A DNA stretch of 28,069 bases from Saprospiraceae bacterium (GCA_020629615.1 JAHDCZ010000036.1:1-28069); one strand, 5' to 3'; counted from the first letter of the stretch, positions 1 through 9,021 are shown. The notes: generated by a model not told the origin, from the letters alone. Translations and numbers: made by a program.

Positions 1-209
1 TGGAAAGTGGAGGTTCTGGTGTTTTGACAAATAAACTTGACAATTCAAAAGTGCGTTACACAACATCTGGAGAAATAGAATACAGTAATAATGATGCGGA
101 AGGATGTGTCGATTGGACTGCGAGTTATAAATTGGCAAAAGGAATGTATGATGTTGAAATGTATAACAATGGTTTTATGGTCGGAAAAGGAAACTTTAAA
201 GTCAAATAA
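1..209 (+). CDS. 3' end of a CDS that begins upstream of the window (product unknown)
   Basis: The reading frame is open from position 3 through the stop at 207-209 (ESGGSGVLTNKLDNS...GNFKVK). The listed 24..209 ORF merely starts at an internal TTG. No recognisable domain in the 68 aa visible. Confidence 0.4.
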   Translation, partial: ESGGSGVLTNKLDNSKVRYTTSGEIEYSNNDAEGCVDWTASYKLAKGMYDVEMYNNGFMVGKGNFKVK

Positions 210-210
210 T

Positions 211-278
211 AAATAGATTTAAATCTTAAATCTATTTTATAAAAAAGAGCGATCCACTAATCAGGATCGCTCTTTTTT
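211..278. terminator. Bidirectional intrinsic terminator region with two hairpins
   Basis: Inverted repeat tagatttaa/ttaaatcta at 213-236. A GC-containing stem agagcgatcc/ggatcgctct at 246-272 is followed by a T-run on the plus strand and preceded by an A-run, so it can terminate the convergent plus-strand fragment and the minus-strand 282..1784 gene. Confidence 0.7.
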
Positions 279-281
279 CGT

Positions 282-1784
282 TTACCATTTAATTTGCAAC
301 CCCAGTTTCAATCTATTTTGTTGATAATACTGTTGTAGATAATAATTGGAATTTGTAACACTTGACATTCTATTCAAGTATGAATAGCCTGTCCATAAAC
401 GATACTTATCATTTAAATTATATCCCAGTACAACATCGGCGTTCAAGGACAAGCCTGTTGATTTTTTGAAATAGTATTGATCATCATTGCTTAAATTATA
501 ACCTTCATCCGATTGATTTGCAATGGTGCCATTATAAAATGTGAGAAGATTGATCTGGGTCCCTAGTTCAAAGGAAATATCAAATCTTTCCAAACCTCTT
601 CGATATCCCAGACTTATCGGCAAATCCAAAAACTGCGTTTTATTGTGTCTAATCTGTTCAATACCATATGTTACTAAAACTTCAGCGTCACTAAAATAGG
701 CAAAAACCGAATCAGGAGTGATTTCAATTCCTGTCTCTATATTGCTTCTTGATTCAATGTCTTCTGAAATTACTATGCCTCGATATCTTTCATTTAAACA
801 AGTATAATTGAGACCAATTGTTCCATAAAATCCAGATCGATGCTCGAATTCAAAAACAAGCCCCCCTCCGACTGATTCAAGCGAAGATTCATTGCTTTCG
901 CGTTTGGCTTTCAAAGCCAATCCCAAGGTATCTGATTGACTTTCTAGCTGCCTTTGAAACTGTCCATAAGAAGCGAATCCGGAAAGTCCAAAATTCCAAG
1001 AAGGTGAGATAATTTTATTAGCTTCAAATTCTTCAAATAATTGAGTTGGAATTTGAAGGTCTCTATTCCAATCCAGTGGTACAGGTTTGAAATTTAAAGC
1101 AGCAATATCAAAAGATGACCTTAGGAGCTTAGTCGAATTTGTAATCAAATTGTCTTGAACAATCTCAAGAGGATTTGATTTTTCATTTGTATTGCTTGTA
1201 TTGTTTGTATTGTTTGTAAAATTCTGTTTTATTTGTTGGGTTGCTATTTTGCTACGAGTAGAACTTAAATCAACTGACTGAAAGGATTTTCTTTGAGTTG
1301 TGTTTAGGCTGTTTACTGAGTTCTCATTGTTGGTGTTCTTAGACTTTAATTCTTTGTCTTTTGTTTGATTCATGTGTCCAAACGATTCATTTTTTTCTTC
1401 ATGCTTGTTTTGATTTTCAGAAGTGATGCTTAATTCATTTTCATCTTTCTTTAACGCAGCAATTTCATTCAGATCTAGCTCATCATCAGCCATTATCGAA
1501 TGGGTTAAATTACCTTTAGATTCTTGTAATCTATTGGAATCCAACTCCGATTGACCAGAGGTTAAAGTGTTCCTTTCATTCGAAGCCCCATCCCAGTTAA
1601 AATAAACTAGTGCGATTAAGCCTAAAAACATTGGTATGAAGAATAACCATATTAAGCCTCTCTTATCCTTTTTCTTCTTTTGGATTTTGGGTGATAATTC
1701 ATCCCAAAACGAAGCGGTGTCCATGTTCGTTTCATGGTTCTTCAATTTGGATTTTATCTGTTTATCTAAACGATCTTCTGACAT
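282..1784 (-). CDS. Anti-sigma-like single-pass membrane protein with a C-terminal outer-membrane beta-barrel-like domain
   Basis: Start overlaps the stop of the upstream ECF sigma gene by 19 nt. It has a roughly 45-aa basic N-terminus, one transmembrane helix (GLIWLFFIPMFLGLIALVYF) and a roughly 180-aa N/T/S/E/K-rich low-complexity linker. The C-terminal roughly 250 aa show alternating aromatic/hydrophobic beta-strand patterning (YRLWTGYSYL...KLGLQIKW) typical of OMP beta-barrels. No FecR/zinc-finger anti-sigma motif recognised. Confidence 0.5.
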   Translation of the reverse strand: MSEDRLDKQIKSKLKNHETNMDTASFWDELSPKIQKKKKDKRGLIWLFFIPMFLGLIALVYFNWDGASNERNTLTSGQSELDSNRLQESKGNLTHSIMADDELDLNEIAALKKDENELSITSENQNKHEEKNESFGHMNQTKDKELKSKNTNNENSVNSLNTTQRKSFQSVDLSSTRSKIATQQIKQNFTNNTNNTSNTNEKSNPLEIVQDNLITNSTKLLRSSFDIAALNFKPVPLDWNRDLQIPTQLFEEFEANKIISPSWNFGLSGFASYGQFQRQLESQSDTLGLALKAKRESNESSLESVGGGLVFEFEHRSGFYGTIGLNYTCLNERYRGIVISEDIESRSNIETGIEITPDSVFAYFSDAEVLVTYGIEQIRHNKTQFLDLPISLGYRRGLERFDISFELGTQINLLTFYNGTIANQSDEGYNLSNDDQYYFKKSTGLSLNADVVLGYNLNDKYRLWTGYSYLNRMSSVTNSNYYLQQYYQQNRLKLGLQIKW

Positions 1785-2323
1785 GATTCTCGACGTTTAA
1801 GTTCAGTAATTTTTATTCGTAGCAATTGTCTTGCTCTTGAGAGGTTACTCCGGGAACTAGCTTCCTCAATTTCTAACATTTTTCCTATCTCTTTATGGGA
1901 ATAGCCTTCTATAGCATAAAGGTTGAAAACAGTCCTATAAGTGTCTGGCAGATCTTGAATTATTGCAATCATTTCTTCTTCATCCAAATCTGAATAGACT
2001 GATGGTTCTTGTCCATGATCATAACTCAATTCGTTATTTCTTTGATAGAATAATTGCTGTTTTTTCAAATATTTCAAAGAAGTATTAACTGCTATTTTTC
2101 TCAGCCAAGGTTCTAAATTTCCTCGAGTTGGATCAAATGTATCAATGTGTTTAAATATTTTGATGAACGTTTCTTGCAAGACATCTTTTGCATCAAACGA
2201 CTGATTTGAATAACGACGGCAAACCGTCATTAACATAGGGGCATATTTTTCCACCAGCTTTCTTTGCGCTTTAGGATTTCCTTTTTTACAGGATGATATG
2301 ATTTGTTTATCGTTCAAATTCAA
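1766..2323 (-). CDS. RNA polymerase ECF-type sigma-70 factor
   Basis: Sigma-70 region 2 (LVEKYAPMLMTVCRRYS...DVLQETFIKIF) and region 4 helix-turn-helix (YRTVFNLYAIEGYSHKEIGKMLEIEEASSRSNLSRARQLLR). 185 aa. Apparent TTG start. Confidence 0.9.
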   Translation of the reverse strand: MNLNDKQIISSCKKGNPKAQRKLVEKYAPMLMTVCRRYSNQSFDAKDVLQETFIKIFKHIDTFDPTRGNLEPWLRKIAVNTSLKYLKKQQLFYQRNNELSYDHGQEPSVYSDLDEEEMIAIIQDLPDTYRTVFNLYAIEGYSHKEIGKMLEIEEASSRSNLSRARQLLRIKITELKRRESCQKIV

Positions 2324-2325
2324 GA

Positions 2326-2362
2326 GGCGGGAACAAAGAAAACTTTGCTCCCGCTTTTATTA
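2326..2362. other. Imperfect hairpin between the lipoprotein gene and the ECF sigma gene
   Basis: gcgggaacaaag / ctttgctcccgc stem with one mismatch, followed by ttttattatt on the plus strand and only a weak U-tract on the minus strand. Possible partial terminator or attenuator within the putative lipoprotein-sigma-antisigma transcript. Confidence 0.3.
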
Positions 2363-2380
2363 TTAACTGATTACTTATTA

Positions 2381-4132
2381 TTATTCATCTCGATAGGCCT
2401 TGAAGGAACCCGAAACTGGCGTGCCATCTACACCATTGACTTGCATCGTTCCATCAAAAGATCCAGTCATTAATTCACCAACTGGATTGATAGCATCGAT
2501 TGTAAAATCAAAATCGTCACATCCCTGACAAACTGCAGAATACCAATCTGTGAAGTCAACCCAACCCGTAAAAGCTGAGTAGTCAGGATTGAAAGTACCT
2601 GCGTCAAAGACGTTATTTATATATATTTCTACGATACTGGAATCAATACCATTCCCAGTTAGAATAAAGTATGACGGAGTTTCAACACCATAAGAAAGAA
2701 ATGGATCAAGGATCGTAAAATCTTCCCCTTCAAGCGTATATTGAATGTATTCAACAATATCATCACAAACGTCTATATTACCTAAATCTAATTCTGTTAA
2801 TCCAGATAAATCATGTGTCATCTCTTCAGAGGCTTTGGTTTCATCCAAATCAAATCCTTTTACAGTTATAATTGGATTACACGAAAGCAAACTTGTAGAG
2901 AAACTTCCGTTGGCATCTACAGGATAAAATTGAGGATAACTACCACCGACAACGGCGTACCCATTAGTGACAGGAGTCAAATCACATTTAACCAAATTCC
3001 CAAATACATTTACGATGGAGCTTTGTGATATATTAACATCGATCGTTGGAACAGTTGTATCCATGGTTAAGGCTCCTAGATTTTCTGTATGAACAACATC
3101 GCCACAATTATTTAGTACTTCCAAAGTCAAGGGTTCATCTTTTGGCACCTTTCCAGTAAAGAACCCATTTTCGTCTAAATAAGCATACGCTGAGATACCA
3201 GTTCCGTTAATTGTTACTCGAACAGTGGCCCAGCCCAGTGTATCATTAATATTAAATGTAACAGTACCACTAAGTTGTACTAGAGGATAAGGATAATCGC
3301 AATTCCAGAACGAAAAATGAGTAACTTGTCCAACATATTGATCTCCTTGTTTAGTTGCTGTACCTTCTTCCATCCAGTATCCCGTAGTCTCGTCCATGTA
3401 CCACAATGGAATCTCATCAGGAGCATTAGACAATTGCCCTTCCGGGATAGGCATGGTTACTGTAGCCGATTGACCTTCTGCGATATTCAAGCGTTGACCT
3501 GAATCACCTTCTAATTCCACAGCAATCATCCCATATGTCTCCAATTGAACGATCTCATTACCACCGCTAATGGCTCTTAAATCTCCCGGGATTTGATCCA
3601 ATATATTTTCTTCAGGATTAAATCTAGTTGCATAAATATTTACTGCACCGCTGTAAGCAATACCTGCTTCGTCTACGATCGAATTGGCAGAAAAATTAAC
3701 TTCAGCTCCTCCAAAACTTACAACGCCACCAGCGGAAGAAGAAAAAGTACTGGTTAAAGATCTTTGAATCATTTCAAACTTCACAAGAGCTCTTTCATTT
3801 AATCCTGGTTCAACAAATTTGGAGTTTAAGAAGTAGCCATTTTTTTCCACTTTAATGTACTGACCATATTGGTTGACTGATTTGTTTGAAAAAATAAATG
3901 CGCCATTTTCATCCGTTAAGGTTGAATGAACACCCATTGTAACGGTAGCATTTGATACCGCATCTCCAGCCTGATCAAACACTGTACCTAAAACATCGGC
4001 ATTAACTATAATATTGGGAGGTGTAATAACAGTTTCGTCTATAATAACTGGATTATCTTCATCCTTACGACATGAGCTGAAAGCAAGCAATACAAGTAGT
4101 GAGAATAAAGAAATATTTTTTAACATTTTCAT
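2381..4132 (-). CDS. Secreted lipoprotein with a carboxypeptidase-regulatory-like beta-sandwich segment (function unknown)
   Basis: Signal peptide with lipobox-like MKMLKNISLFSLLVLLAFSSC followed by acidic RKDEDN. A TVTMGVHSTLTDENGAFIFS motif resembles the CarboxypepD_reg fold. Start moved to the internal ATG at 4132 (MKMLKN), because the 12 residues upstream are not signal-peptide-like. Confidence 0.55.
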   Translation of the reverse strand: MKMLKNISLFSLLVLLAFSSCRKDEDNPVIIDETVITPPNIIVNADVLGTVFDQAGDAVSNATVTMGVHSTLTDENGAFIFSNKSVNQYGQYIKVEKNGYFLNSKFVEPGLNERALVKFEMIQRSLTSTFSSSAGGVVSFGGAEVNFSANSIVDEAGIAYSGAVNIYATRFNPEENILDQIPGDLRAISGGNEIVQLETYGMIAVELEGDSGQRLNIAEGQSATVTMPIPEGQLSNAPDEIPLWYMDETTGYWMEEGTATKQGDQYVGQVTHFSFWNCDYPYPLVQLSGTVTFNINDTLGWATVRVTINGTGISAYAYLDENGFFTGKVPKDEPLTLEVLNNCGDVVHTENLGALTMDTTVPTIDVNISQSSIVNVFGNLVKCDLTPVTNGYAVVGGSYPQFYPVDANGSFSTSLLSCNPIITVKGFDLDETKASEEMTHDLSGLTELDLGNIDVCDDIVEYIQYTLEGEDFTILDPFLSYGVETPSYFILTGNGIDSSIVEIYINNVFDAGTFNPDYSAFTGWVDFTDWYSAVCQGCDDFDFTIDAINPVGELMTGSFDGTMQVNGVDGTPVSGSFKAYRDE

Positions 4133-4287
4133 TTTAAAATATTTAGATTGAACAAAAAGTAAATGCATTCAATCTCTATATCCAATCACTTTTAAATACG
4201 TTGCGTTGCATTTTATTTTTTTTGCCTTTCGGCGAAAGCCTAAGATAAAAATACATAACTTTAAATCAGATTACTATGTAATCAAAA

Positions 4288-4328
4288 CGGGTCGGCTCCT
4301 CTTTTGAAGAACCGACCTCCCTTTTTTA
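4288..4328. terminator. Intrinsic terminator downstream of the AbrB-like gene (bidirectional form)
   Basis: Stem ggtcggctcctctt / aagaaccgacc followed by ccctttttta on the plus strand and by gtttt on the minus strand. Confidence 0.55.
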
Positions 4329-4453
4329 GCAACATCCAGAACAACAGCCTAGAATGTCACAAATCAATGTGAATGGATTCATAATTCCTATTTTAATAAG
4401 TTAAAAAATAACCGCGGATTATGAAAGTACTTTCATCTTGATGGCAACAATCA

Positions 4454-4702
4454 TTACCTCATTATATCTATAAATGCAGGACCTAAAAAGCCCTTAATTA
4501 AATCTTGCAATTCTCCTGTCCGTATTAAATTTAAACAACACAATTCTCCTTCGCCATTGGTACAACTGACGATAGCAAATTTCTCACCTTCGATTAATTT
4601 AAATTTTTCTCTTAAATCTTTGGGTAAAACAAGTTGACCACGTTTGTCAAAACTTACTACCGCCTCAACATTGCAACAGCTGGCAGATTCCTTTTTTCCC
4701 AT
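4454..4702 (-). CDS. AbrB/MazE/SpoVT-family DNA-binding protein with Cys-rich extensions
   Basis: VVSFDKRGQLVLPKDLREKFKLIEGEKFAI matches the swapped-hairpin AbrB/SpoVT motif. An extra N-terminus (SASCCNVE) and a C-terminal tail (VSCTNGEGELCCLN) give five Cys including two CC pairs. Confidence 0.65.
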   Translation of the reverse strand: MGKKESASCCNVEAVVSFDKRGQLVLPKDLREKFKLIEGEKFAIVSCTNGEGELCCLNLIRTGELQDLIKGFLGPAFIDIMR

Positions 4703-4850
4703 ATCTAATTATTTTAAAACAATAATAAACAGTATTATCGTAATAATCAAATTATTCTGATTTTTCTGATTTTTCTTAACAAAATTTAACCAAAACCTTT
4801 TACTCTTCATAATGTTATTTTAATGACTTCAAATACCTTACATTCGAATT

Positions 4851-5945
4851 ATGATTGGTTGGAATTTTAAGAAATATATACCGAGTGACGGACCACATAA
4901 TCATTTTGAACGCTTGTTCGAAATATTTCAAGAAGTCCTGCTTTACACATCAGGTGATGTCTCTGAGGCCCTTTCTTGGATGACTGCCATTGATAAAGAA
5001 CATCAGTTAACGACGGAGGAATACGGCATGGCTGATTTCATCAACGAATTAAAAGAACGTGGTTATCTGAAGGAAAACAAAGGGCAAAAAGGAAGTTTTG
5101 ATCCCAGTAAAAAAATGGAAATTTCTCTTCGCCAGAAAGCGCTTGAAGATATTTTTCAAGACTTGCAAAAATCCAAGCGAGGTGATCATAGTATCAAAAA
5201 ATCCGGATTAGGTGACGAGATGACCAGTGGTAACAGACCCTTCCAATTTGGGGATTCACTGGATAAGATATCCTTATACGATTCGATAAAAAATGCCCAG
5301 GTCAATCATGGGATCGACAATTTTATGTTGACGGAAAACGATCTTGAAGTACGAGAAACCTATGACAAAACTAACTCCAGTACGGTCCTGATGATTGACA
5401 TCTCGCACTCCATGATTCTTTATGGTGAAGACCGCATTACCCCGGCAAAGAAAGTTGCTATGGCATTGGCTGAACTAATTCGAACTCGCTACCCCAAAGA
5501 TACTCTGGATATCATTGTCTTTGGAAACGATTCGTGGGCCATTGAAGTAAAGGATCTTCCCTATCTTCAGGTTGGACCATATCATACCAATACGATATCT
5601 GGTCTGGAACTCGCCTTAAACATTCTTCAAAAGAAAAAAACACCCAACAAGCAAATCATGATGATTACAGACGGGAAACCTACCTGTATGAAAAAGGGGA
5701 AAAAATACTATAAAAATAGTTTTGGACTGGATCGAAAAATCTTAAATCGTACTTTGGGCTTGGCGGTAAAATGTAGAAAATTAAACATACCGATAACTAC
5801 ATTTATGATCGCGAGAGACCCATTTTTAGTTCAATTTGTTGAAAAATTTACTAAGGCAAATCACGGAAAGGCTTTCTATAGCAGTCTTGACGGATTAGGT
5901 GAATTTATATTTAAAGATTACAAACAAGGAAAAAGGAAGAAGTGA
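4851..5945 (+). CDS. von Willebrand factor type A (vWA) domain protein, CoxE/BchD-like
   Basis: MIDAS motif DISHSM (DxSxS) followed by IIVFGNDSW, MMITDGKPT and a basic tail. Roughly 170-aa N-terminal domain of unknown function. Stop overlaps the next start (ATGA). Confidence 0.75.
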   Translation: MIGWNFKKYIPSDGPHNHFERLFEIFQEVLLYTSGDVSEALSWMTAIDKEHQLTTEEYGMADFINELKERGYLKENKGQKGSFDPSKKMEISLRQKALEDIFQDLQKSKRGDHSIKKSGLGDEMTSGNRPFQFGDSLDKISLYDSIKNAQVNHGIDNFMLTENDLEVRETYDKTNSSTVLMIDISHSMILYGEDRITPAKKVAMALAELIRTRYPKDTLDIIVFGNDSWAIEVKDLPYLQVGPYHTNTISGLELALNILQKKKTPNKQIMMITDGKPTCMKKGKKYYKNSFGLDRKILNRTLGLAVKCRKLNIPITTFMIARDPFLVQFVEKFTKANHGKAFYSSLDGLGEFIFKDYKQGKRKK

Positions 5946-7411
5946 TGGATATTGCTAAAATAAAAACATTAGGAGCACTTAAAAAAACTAGATATCAAAG
6001 CCTTCCAATCAAGGAAGAACTTCGAAAAAATCTAATGAGCTACTTAAGAAAGGGAGAAGATGTATTCCATGGCATTCATGGTTTTGAAGATACTGTGATC
6101 CCAGATCTACAGCGTGCAATTTTATCAAGACACAATATTTTACTCTTAGGATTGCGTGGACAAGCCAAGACCAGACTCGCTCGTTTACTGACTCGATTAT
6201 TGGATGAATATATGCCCTATATTGAGGGTAGTGAGATTAATGATGACCCTTTTAATCCGATTTCAAAATTTGGAAAAACCCTTATCCAAGAGCAAGGTGA
6301 TCAAACCCCTATCGCTTGGTTACATCGAGATGATCGTTATGTTGAAAAATTGGCTACGCCAGATGTAAACATTGCCGATCTTATTGGAGATGTGGATCCA
6401 ATAAAAGCAGCGAATCTAAAATTACCGTATTCTGATGAACGAGTGATTCATTTTGGATTAATCCCAAGAGCAAACCGATGTATTTATGTGATCAATGAAC
6501 TTCCCGATCTTCAAGCAAGAATTCAAGTATCCTTGTTTAACATACTACAAGAAGGAGATTTACAAATCCGAGGATTTAAATTTAGACTTCCCTTGGACAT
6601 TATGTTCATGTTTACCGCCAATCCCGAAGACTACACTAATCGTGGAAGCATTGTTACACCATTGAAGGATCGTATTGAGAGCCAAATTTTGACTCACTAT
6701 CCTAGAACAGTTGACGTCGCCAAAATGATTACTACTCAAGAAGCTAATATTTCGGAGGAGCAAAAAAAATCGATTTATGTTCCTGATCATATCAAGGAAA
6801 TTTTAGAATTGATTTCCTTTCATGCTCGTGAAAGTGATTTTGTAGATGAAAAAAGTGGGGTCTCTGCCCGTCTTAGCATCTCTGCATATGAGAATTTAGT
6901 TTCTACGGCTGAGCGCCGAATGTTATTAAATAAAGAAAAAACGACCACAGCAAGAATCTCTGATTTTTGGGGAGTCATTCCGGGTATCACTGGAAAAATA
7001 GAATTGGTTTATGAAGGTGAACAAGAAGGTCCTTATCTCGTCGCTCTGGATCTTTTGGGAAGATCGATTAAAGAAAAATTCCTAGAATATTTCCCTGACC
7101 CTAGAAAAGCAAGCGAAGAAAAAGACCAATACGGTGTTGTACGTGCGTGGTTTGGTGCAGGGAATGATATTGATTTATTCAATGATGATAATGATCATGA
7201 TTTTAAAATGAAATTAGAAAACATTGCAGGATTACAACAGTTGGGGGAAGACGCAAATAAAGGGAACGACATACTAAGCTTTATGGAGCTCTGTCTGTAT
7301 GGTTTATCTGAATGTGAGGTTTTGGAAAAAAGCATCGTTGATTCGATTTTTAATTTTTCTGATCCATTAGCAGACTTGATGAGTGATTTTGACGAAGAAT
7401 TGGAGAATTGA
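5942..7411 (+). CDS. AAA+ ATPase of the Mg-chelatase ChlI / MoxR-like family with an atypical Walker B
   Basis: MoxR-style P-loop LLLGLRGQAKTRLARLL. A DDPFNP motif like ChlI/BchI follows the P-loop. Sensor/arginine-finger region FMFTANPED...PLKDR. The Walker B position reads IYVINELPD (N-E instead of D-E). Acidic C-terminal extension. Confidence 0.75.
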   Translation: MMDIAKIKTLGALKKTRYQSLPIKEELRKNLMSYLRKGEDVFHGIHGFEDTVIPDLQRAILSRHNILLLGLRGQAKTRLARLLTRLLDEYMPYIEGSEINDDPFNPISKFGKTLIQEQGDQTPIAWLHRDDRYVEKLATPDVNIADLIGDVDPIKAANLKLPYSDERVIHFGLIPRANRCIYVINELPDLQARIQVSLFNILQEGDLQIRGFKFRLPLDIMFMFTANPEDYTNRGSIVTPLKDRIESQILTHYPRTVDVAKMITTQEANISEEQKKSIYVPDHIKEILELISFHARESDFVDEKSGVSARLSISAYENLVSTAERRMLLNKEKTTTARISDFWGVIPGITGKIELVYEGEQEGPYLVALDLLGRSIKEKFLEYFPDPRKASEEKDQYGVVRAWFGAGNDIDLFNDDNDHDFKMKLENIAGLQQLGEDANKGNDILSFMELCLYGLSECEVLEKSIVDSIFNFSDPLADLMSDFDEELEN

Positions 7412-7546
7412 TTCTAATAAAGAAAGGAAAGCACCTTGATTTCCAATCTGTTATCCTTTGTAATAATATTCCTCGTTGTGGTAATAGTGATTCTTATATT
7501 TTCCTAGCTGGACATGTTCGGTTTGTTGTTAGTTTTTTATAAAATC

Positions 7547-7585
7547 AAAACGGGCTCACTAAATTTAGTGAGCCCGCTTTTTTCG
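7547..7585. terminator. Bidirectional intrinsic terminator between the AAA+ gene and gdhA
   Basis: cgggctcact / agtgagcccg stem with a T-run on the plus strand (gcttttttcg) and a T-run on the minus strand (gtttt). Confidence 0.75.
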
Positions 7586-7602
7586 TTACTATGAAATAAA
7601 TG

Positions 7603-9021
7603 TCAAGGAAAGACACCTAGAGTCATATAATCATTGGCAACTTTTTCTAATGCGCTTAAGAATGCTGCTGTTCTCATATCTTTTACTGAGCGCTTTCTTT
7701 TTGAAATCTCTCTAATATTAGCGTACGCAGTGACCATTGTTTCTTCAAGTCCGGAACGTACTAAATCAACTTCATCCGCTCCTTTAGCTATGATGCTTCG
7801 ATCTCTTTTAGTGATGGTTTTTCCGGTCATGGTTTCAATTTTATCTAATAACATCGTTCTGCTATTTTGATTAAACCGTTTCTCCATTCTTCCAAAACGC
7901 ATGTGAGATAAGTTCTTCAACCATTCAAAATAAGAAACCGTTACTCCACCTGCATTACAGTACATATCAGGAATAATGATGCAACCTTTTTTCAAAAGAA
8001 TTGCTTCTGCATCTGCTGTTACTGGGCCATTTGCCGCTTCAGCGATCACTCTTGCCTTAACAAATTTTGCATTGTCTTTGTGTAACTGACTTTCCAATGC
8101 AGCTGGAACTAAAATATCACATTCGATCTTCACCCAATCTTTTCTGTCTTTCAATGTTTTGGTTCCAGGAAAACCGAGAATAGTCCCTTTTTGTTTTCTG
8201 TATCTCAATAGTTTCTCGATATCGATATTAGTATCACTTACGATAGTTCCTTCGATCTCAGAAACTCCAATGACTCTTACTCCTCCTTCTTTTTGCGAGA
8301 TAGTACCCGTATAAGATCCTACATTTCCAAGACCCTGAATTACCATCGTTTTTCCTTCTAGGCCAGGCTCTATACCTAACTTTTTCATATCTTCTTTGTA
8401 ACTGAAGAACTCTCTTACTGCATAGAAAACACCTCTACCTGTAGCTTCCGTTCTACCTCTAATCCCATTTTGGTTTACAGGTTTTCCTGTAACACAACCC
8501 GCGGCATCAATTTCTCTAGGATTGAAAGTCATGTAAGTATCTAAAATCCAAGCCATTTCTCTTGGTCCTGTTCCATAATCAGGAGCTGGAACATCAACAG
8601 AAGGTCCGATGAAATTTTTACGAATCAACTCGACTGTATATCTTCTTGTAATTCTTTCTAATTCTTCGGGAGAATAGCCTCTAGGACTTACTTTTACTCC
8701 ACCTTTTGCACCTCCGAACGGTACATCAACAATCGCACATTTATAGGTCATCAAAGATGCCAATGCCATTACCTCTTCTTGATTCACATGACTACTAAAA
8801 CGAATTCCACCTTTGGTAGGAGAACGATGGTGACTGTGTTGTACTCTGTACGCTTCAATCACTTCGTATTTATTTCCAATTTTTACTGGAAAACGCATTT
8901 GGTACACTGAATTGCAGGCTCTTATTTGAGCTAATAAGCCTTTAGGCAAATTAGTCAAGGCTGCGGCTTTATCGAAATTGCGCTGAACGCTTTCGTAAAA
9001 GCTAGCTTGTTTACTACCCAT
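7603..9021 (-). CDS. gdhA: Glutamate dehydrogenase (Glu/Leu/Phe/Val dehydrogenase family)
   Basis: Classic GDH catalytic motif KGGIRFS...VPFGGAKGG. Rossmann GLGNVG. 472 aa. Confidence 0.9.
   Translation of the reverse strand: MGSKQASFYESVQRNFDKAAALTNLPKGLLAQIRACNSVYQMRFPVKIGNKYEVIEAYRVQHSHHRSPTKGGIRFSSHVNQEEVMALASLMTYKCAIVDVPFGGAKGGVKVSPRGYSPEELERITRRYTVELIRKNFIGPSVDVPAPDYGTGPREMAWILDTYMTFNPREIDAAGCVTGKPVNQNGIRGRTEATGRGVFYAVREFFSYKEDMKKLGIEPGLEGKTMVIQGLGNVGSYTGTISQKEGGVRVIGVSEIEGTIVSDTNIDIEKLLRYRKQKGTILGFPGTKTLKDRKDWVKIECDILVPAALESQLHKDNAKFVKARVIAEAANGPVTADAEAILLKKGCIIIPDMYCNAGGVTVSYFEWLKNLSHMRFGRMEKRFNQNSRTMLLDKIETMTGKTITKRDRSIIAKGADEVDLVRSGLEETMVTAYANIREISKRKRSVKDMRTAAFLSALEKVANDYMTLGVFP

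Noticed and set aside
818-1012. 64-aa plus-strand ORF inside the anti-sigma-like gene
   Set aside because: Fully antisense to a longer, better-supported CDS. No domain. Typical chance ORF.
4215-4245. gcctttcggcgaaagcc near-palindrome preceded by a T-run
   Set aside because: The T-run is on the wrong side for a plus-strand terminator and no U-tract follows on the minus strand. Stem is only 4-5 bp. Likely just promoter-region sequence for the lipoprotein operon.
4756-4775. Direct repeat tctgattttt x2 in the AbrB/vWA divergent promoter region
   Set aside because: Only two short AT-rich copies. Could be an operator, but equally likely chance in AT-rich DNA. No CRISPR-like spacing or further copies.
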